NCBI GenBank assembly: GCA_042216015.1
Contig: JBDGUI010000006.1
Span: 9,205 to 41,719 of the forward strand
DNA: 32,515 nt
Reading direction: 5' to 3'
Source of the DNA: Halodesulfurarchaeum sp.
GTDB lineage: Archaea; Halobacteriota; Halobacteria; Halobacteriales; Halobacteriaceae
In this document: positions 30,586 through 32,515 of the stretch, piece after piece
Layout: each line of letters starts with the position of its first letter
Position numbering within the stretch: the stretch's first letter is position 1
Position numbers and translations under genes: made by a program
Notes under the pieces: model-generated
Seen by the model: only the letters and a program-made list of their open reading frames with translations
Database searches by the model: none
What the model was told of the DNA's origin: nothing

Positions 30586-31503
30586 ATGGTTCTCGGTCCC
30601 GAAACGACGGTCTATCTCCTCGCCCTGCTTCCGGCGGTCATCTGGGGATTCACGCCGGTGCTCGACAAGCGGGGCATGTCACTCGATGGGACGGCCCTGC
30701 AGGCCTCACTCGTCGTGGTCGTCGTCGATCTCTCGCTTTTCACCGCTGCCCTGCTTTTGACCCGCGGGTTCGATCTCCTCGCCGGGCTCGACCCGGCGGT
30801 TGCGGGCCTGTTTCTGTTCGCCGGCATGACGGGAACCGCGCTGGGCCGGCTGGCGGTCTTCGTCGGGGTCGACCGGGTCGGCGCGAGCATCAACAGCGCC
30901 GTCGTGAGCGCCCGTCCCCTGTTCGCGACGGTCTTTGCCTTCGGTCTGCTGGGCGAACCGGTCTCGCTCGACACGGCCGTCGGCATCGTCGTGCTCGTCG
31001 CGGGCCTCGTCGTCCTCAGCCTCGCGAAGGGCGGGGATCTGGGTGGCTGGGAGCCCCGGGATCTGCTCTACCCGTTCGCGTCGGGCACGCTCTTTGCCTT
31101 CGGGAACGTCCTCCGGCGGCTCGGTCTGGGGACGGGTGGTGTGGACGTGTTGCAGGCCGTCGCGCTCAACGAGGCCGGAGCGCTGCTCGTCTTCGTGACC
31201 TACGCTGCTCTCCGTGGGACCGTCGGCTTCCGGTCGGCCGATCGGCGCTCCTACGCCTACTTCGCCTCGAGCGGCGCGCTCACCTCGGTCGCCCTGCTCT
31301 CGATGTTCGGAGCCCTCGCGATGCCGGCGGGTCGGGTCGCCATCGTCGAATCGCTGGCCTCGACCGCGCCGCTTTTCACCACCGTCTTCGCGTACTTCCT
31401 CCTGCGAGACCTCGAGCGGGTGACACCGGGGATCGTGGTGGGAGCGCTGCTCGTGGTGATCGGGGTGCTGTTCGTGACGCTGGAGCCGGGGTTGTTGGTT
31501 TGA
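30586..31503 (+). CDS. DMT/EamA family transporter
   Basis: About ten hydrophobic helices in two repeats (AVIWGFTPVLDKRG, PLFATVFAFGLLGE, PLFTTVFAYFLLRDLE). Confidence 0.9.
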   Translation: MVLGPETTVYLLALLPAVIWGFTPVLDKRGMSLDGTALQASLVVVVVDLSLFTAALLLTRGFDLLAGLDPAVAGLFLFAGMTGTALGRLAVFVGVDRVGASINSAVVSARPLFATVFAFGLLGEPVSLDTAVGIVVLVAGLVVLSLAKGGDLGGWEPRDLLYPFASGTLFAFGNVLRRLGLGTGGVDVLQAVALNEAGALLVFVTYAALRGTVGFRSADRRSYAYFASSGALTSVALLSMFGALAMPAGRVAIVESLASTAPLFTTVFAYFLLRDLERVTPGIVVGALLVVIGVLFVTLEPGLLV

Positions 31504-31614
31504 GGGGGCCTATTGGGTGGGCGTTTACGCGAGACCACTTGGGACTGGGTTTTCAAACCGATTCGTTGGCACATGTCCACTAAGTGCCGTTTGGCCACAA
31601 CCTTGATTGGCCTG

Positions 31615-31634
31615 CACTGTCAACACTGTCAACA
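31615..31634 (+). promoter_or_regulatory. Tandem 9-mer (CACTGTCAA)x2 just upstream of vapB; possible autoregulatory operator
   Basis: cactgtcaacactgtcaaca ends 5 nt before ATG 31640. Confidence 0.4.
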
Positions 31635-31639
31635 AGGGA

Positions 31640-31870
31640 ATGTCACACCAGATTCGGCTCGATGAGGACGTGTACGAACACATCAAGGCCACCAAGCGGG
31701 ACGACGAGTCGTTCAGCGACGCCGTCGAGCGACTCATCGGCGGTCGTTCGCTTCGGGATCTCAGGGGACTCTTCGACAGTGAGCAGGTCGACGAGATGCG
31801 AGCGGCCATCGATGCCGCGGAGCACGACGACCGCGAGGAGGTCCGGGACCTCGCGGGCCGGTTCGAATGA
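31640..31870 (+). CDS. vapB: Putative antitoxin (VapB/DUF217-like)
   Basis: MSHQIRLDEDVYEHIKATKRDDESFSDAVERL; ATGA overlap with the PIN toxin gene. Confidence 0.88.
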   Translation: MSHQIRLDEDVYEHIKATKRDDESFSDAVERLIGGRSLRDLRGLFDSEQVDEMRAAIDAAEHDDREEVRDLAGRFE

Positions 31871-32274
31871 TCGTCGACACGAGCTTCGTCCTCGACGTCA
31901 TCGATGACGAAGCGGCCGCGTTGGCGAAAGAGCGAGAACTCGAGGCCGCGAGCGTTCCGATGGTGATCCCGACGATGACGGTCCTCGAACTCTACATCGG
32001 CGTCGGAAAAGTCGATGCGAGTCGAGCGGAGCGCCAGCGAGTCGAGGCCGTCCTCGGCTCCTATCCGCTCGTGGACCAGACGCCCAGTATCTCGCGCCGT
32101 GCCGGTCGCCTCCTCGGCGAGCGAATGGCCGAAACTGCCCCGGGCGAGGGTCCGGGAATCGGCAAGGGCGATGCGGTGATCGCTGCGACGGCCCTGGAGC
32201 GGGACGAACCCCTGCTCGCGGGGGACGGGCACTTCGAGACCATTCCCGGGCTCGACGTCGAGACGTATCGGTAG
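31867..32274 (+). CDS. vapC: PIN-domain ribonuclease toxin
   Basis: MIVDTSFVLD, TVLELYIG, GDAVIAATAL, LLAGDGHFETIPGL. Confidence 0.92.
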   Translation: MIVDTSFVLDVIDDEAAALAKERELEAASVPMVIPTMTVLELYIGVGKVDASRAERQRVEAVLGSYPLVDQTPSISRRAGRLLGERMAETAPGEGPGIGKGDAVIAATALERDEPLLAGDGHFETIPGLDVETYR

Positions 32275-32515
32275 TTGCATCGGGCTGCGAGGAGGCCCCA
32301 CCCGCGGAGTGGACCGAGGACGCCGCCGATCTGCTGGACGACTCGAGCGAGACGGGGGACGAGCAGGTGCTTGCATTCGTGCTCGCCAGGACGGCACAGG
32401 ACGAGTGGGTTGGCGTCGTCTCGGACGACCAGCGGGTGCGGACGATGGCCGGTGGGCTCGGGGCGACGGTGACCGGGACGATCGGGATCATCGTGTGCGC
32501 CGTGGCGGAGGGGCT
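32271..32515 (+). pseudogene. 5'-truncated second PIN-domain (DUF3368-like) gene fragment running off the window
   Basis: The frame from 32271 reads ..GDEQVLAFVL..VGVVSDDQRVRTMAGGLGATVTGTIGIIVCAVAEG, a PIN C-terminal half. No N-terminal half or suitable start is visible. Confidence 0.65.

Overview
A GC-rich haloarchaeal (class Halobacteria) chromosomal segment, judged from its strongly acidic proteins, TATA boxes about 27 nt before start codons, and archaeal markers (radB, rps8e, cdc48, split GMP synthase, JAMM desampylase, mch). It is mostly housekeeping: pspA, pyrG-guaAB, moaB, JAMM protease, idi, lrp/carA, carB, pabB-pabA-pabC, two flavin oxidoreductases, a CDGSH protein, radB, cdc48, rps8e, pyrF, a GTPBP1/2-like GTPase, mch, an EamA transporter and a vapBC pair. 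I found no rRNA, tRNA, CRISPR array, integrase or transposase. The most notable observations are: (1) a 4xCBS protein fused to an HPF/RaiA-like ribosome-hibernation domain; (2) a shared TTTCG-N11-CGAAA palindrome in the lrp/carA and carB promoters; (3) a 9-codon mini-ORF joining two genes through ATGA overlaps at both ends; (4) three damaged genes that the ORF track misses or only partly shows (a CxxCxxxC protein with an internal TAA, a frameshifted CPxCG-type gene, and a headless PIN gene); and (5) several intergenic tandem repeats, some copied from gene 3' ends. I cannot support a wholly new multi-gene system here. All family calls come from motif recognition by eye, not from database searches.
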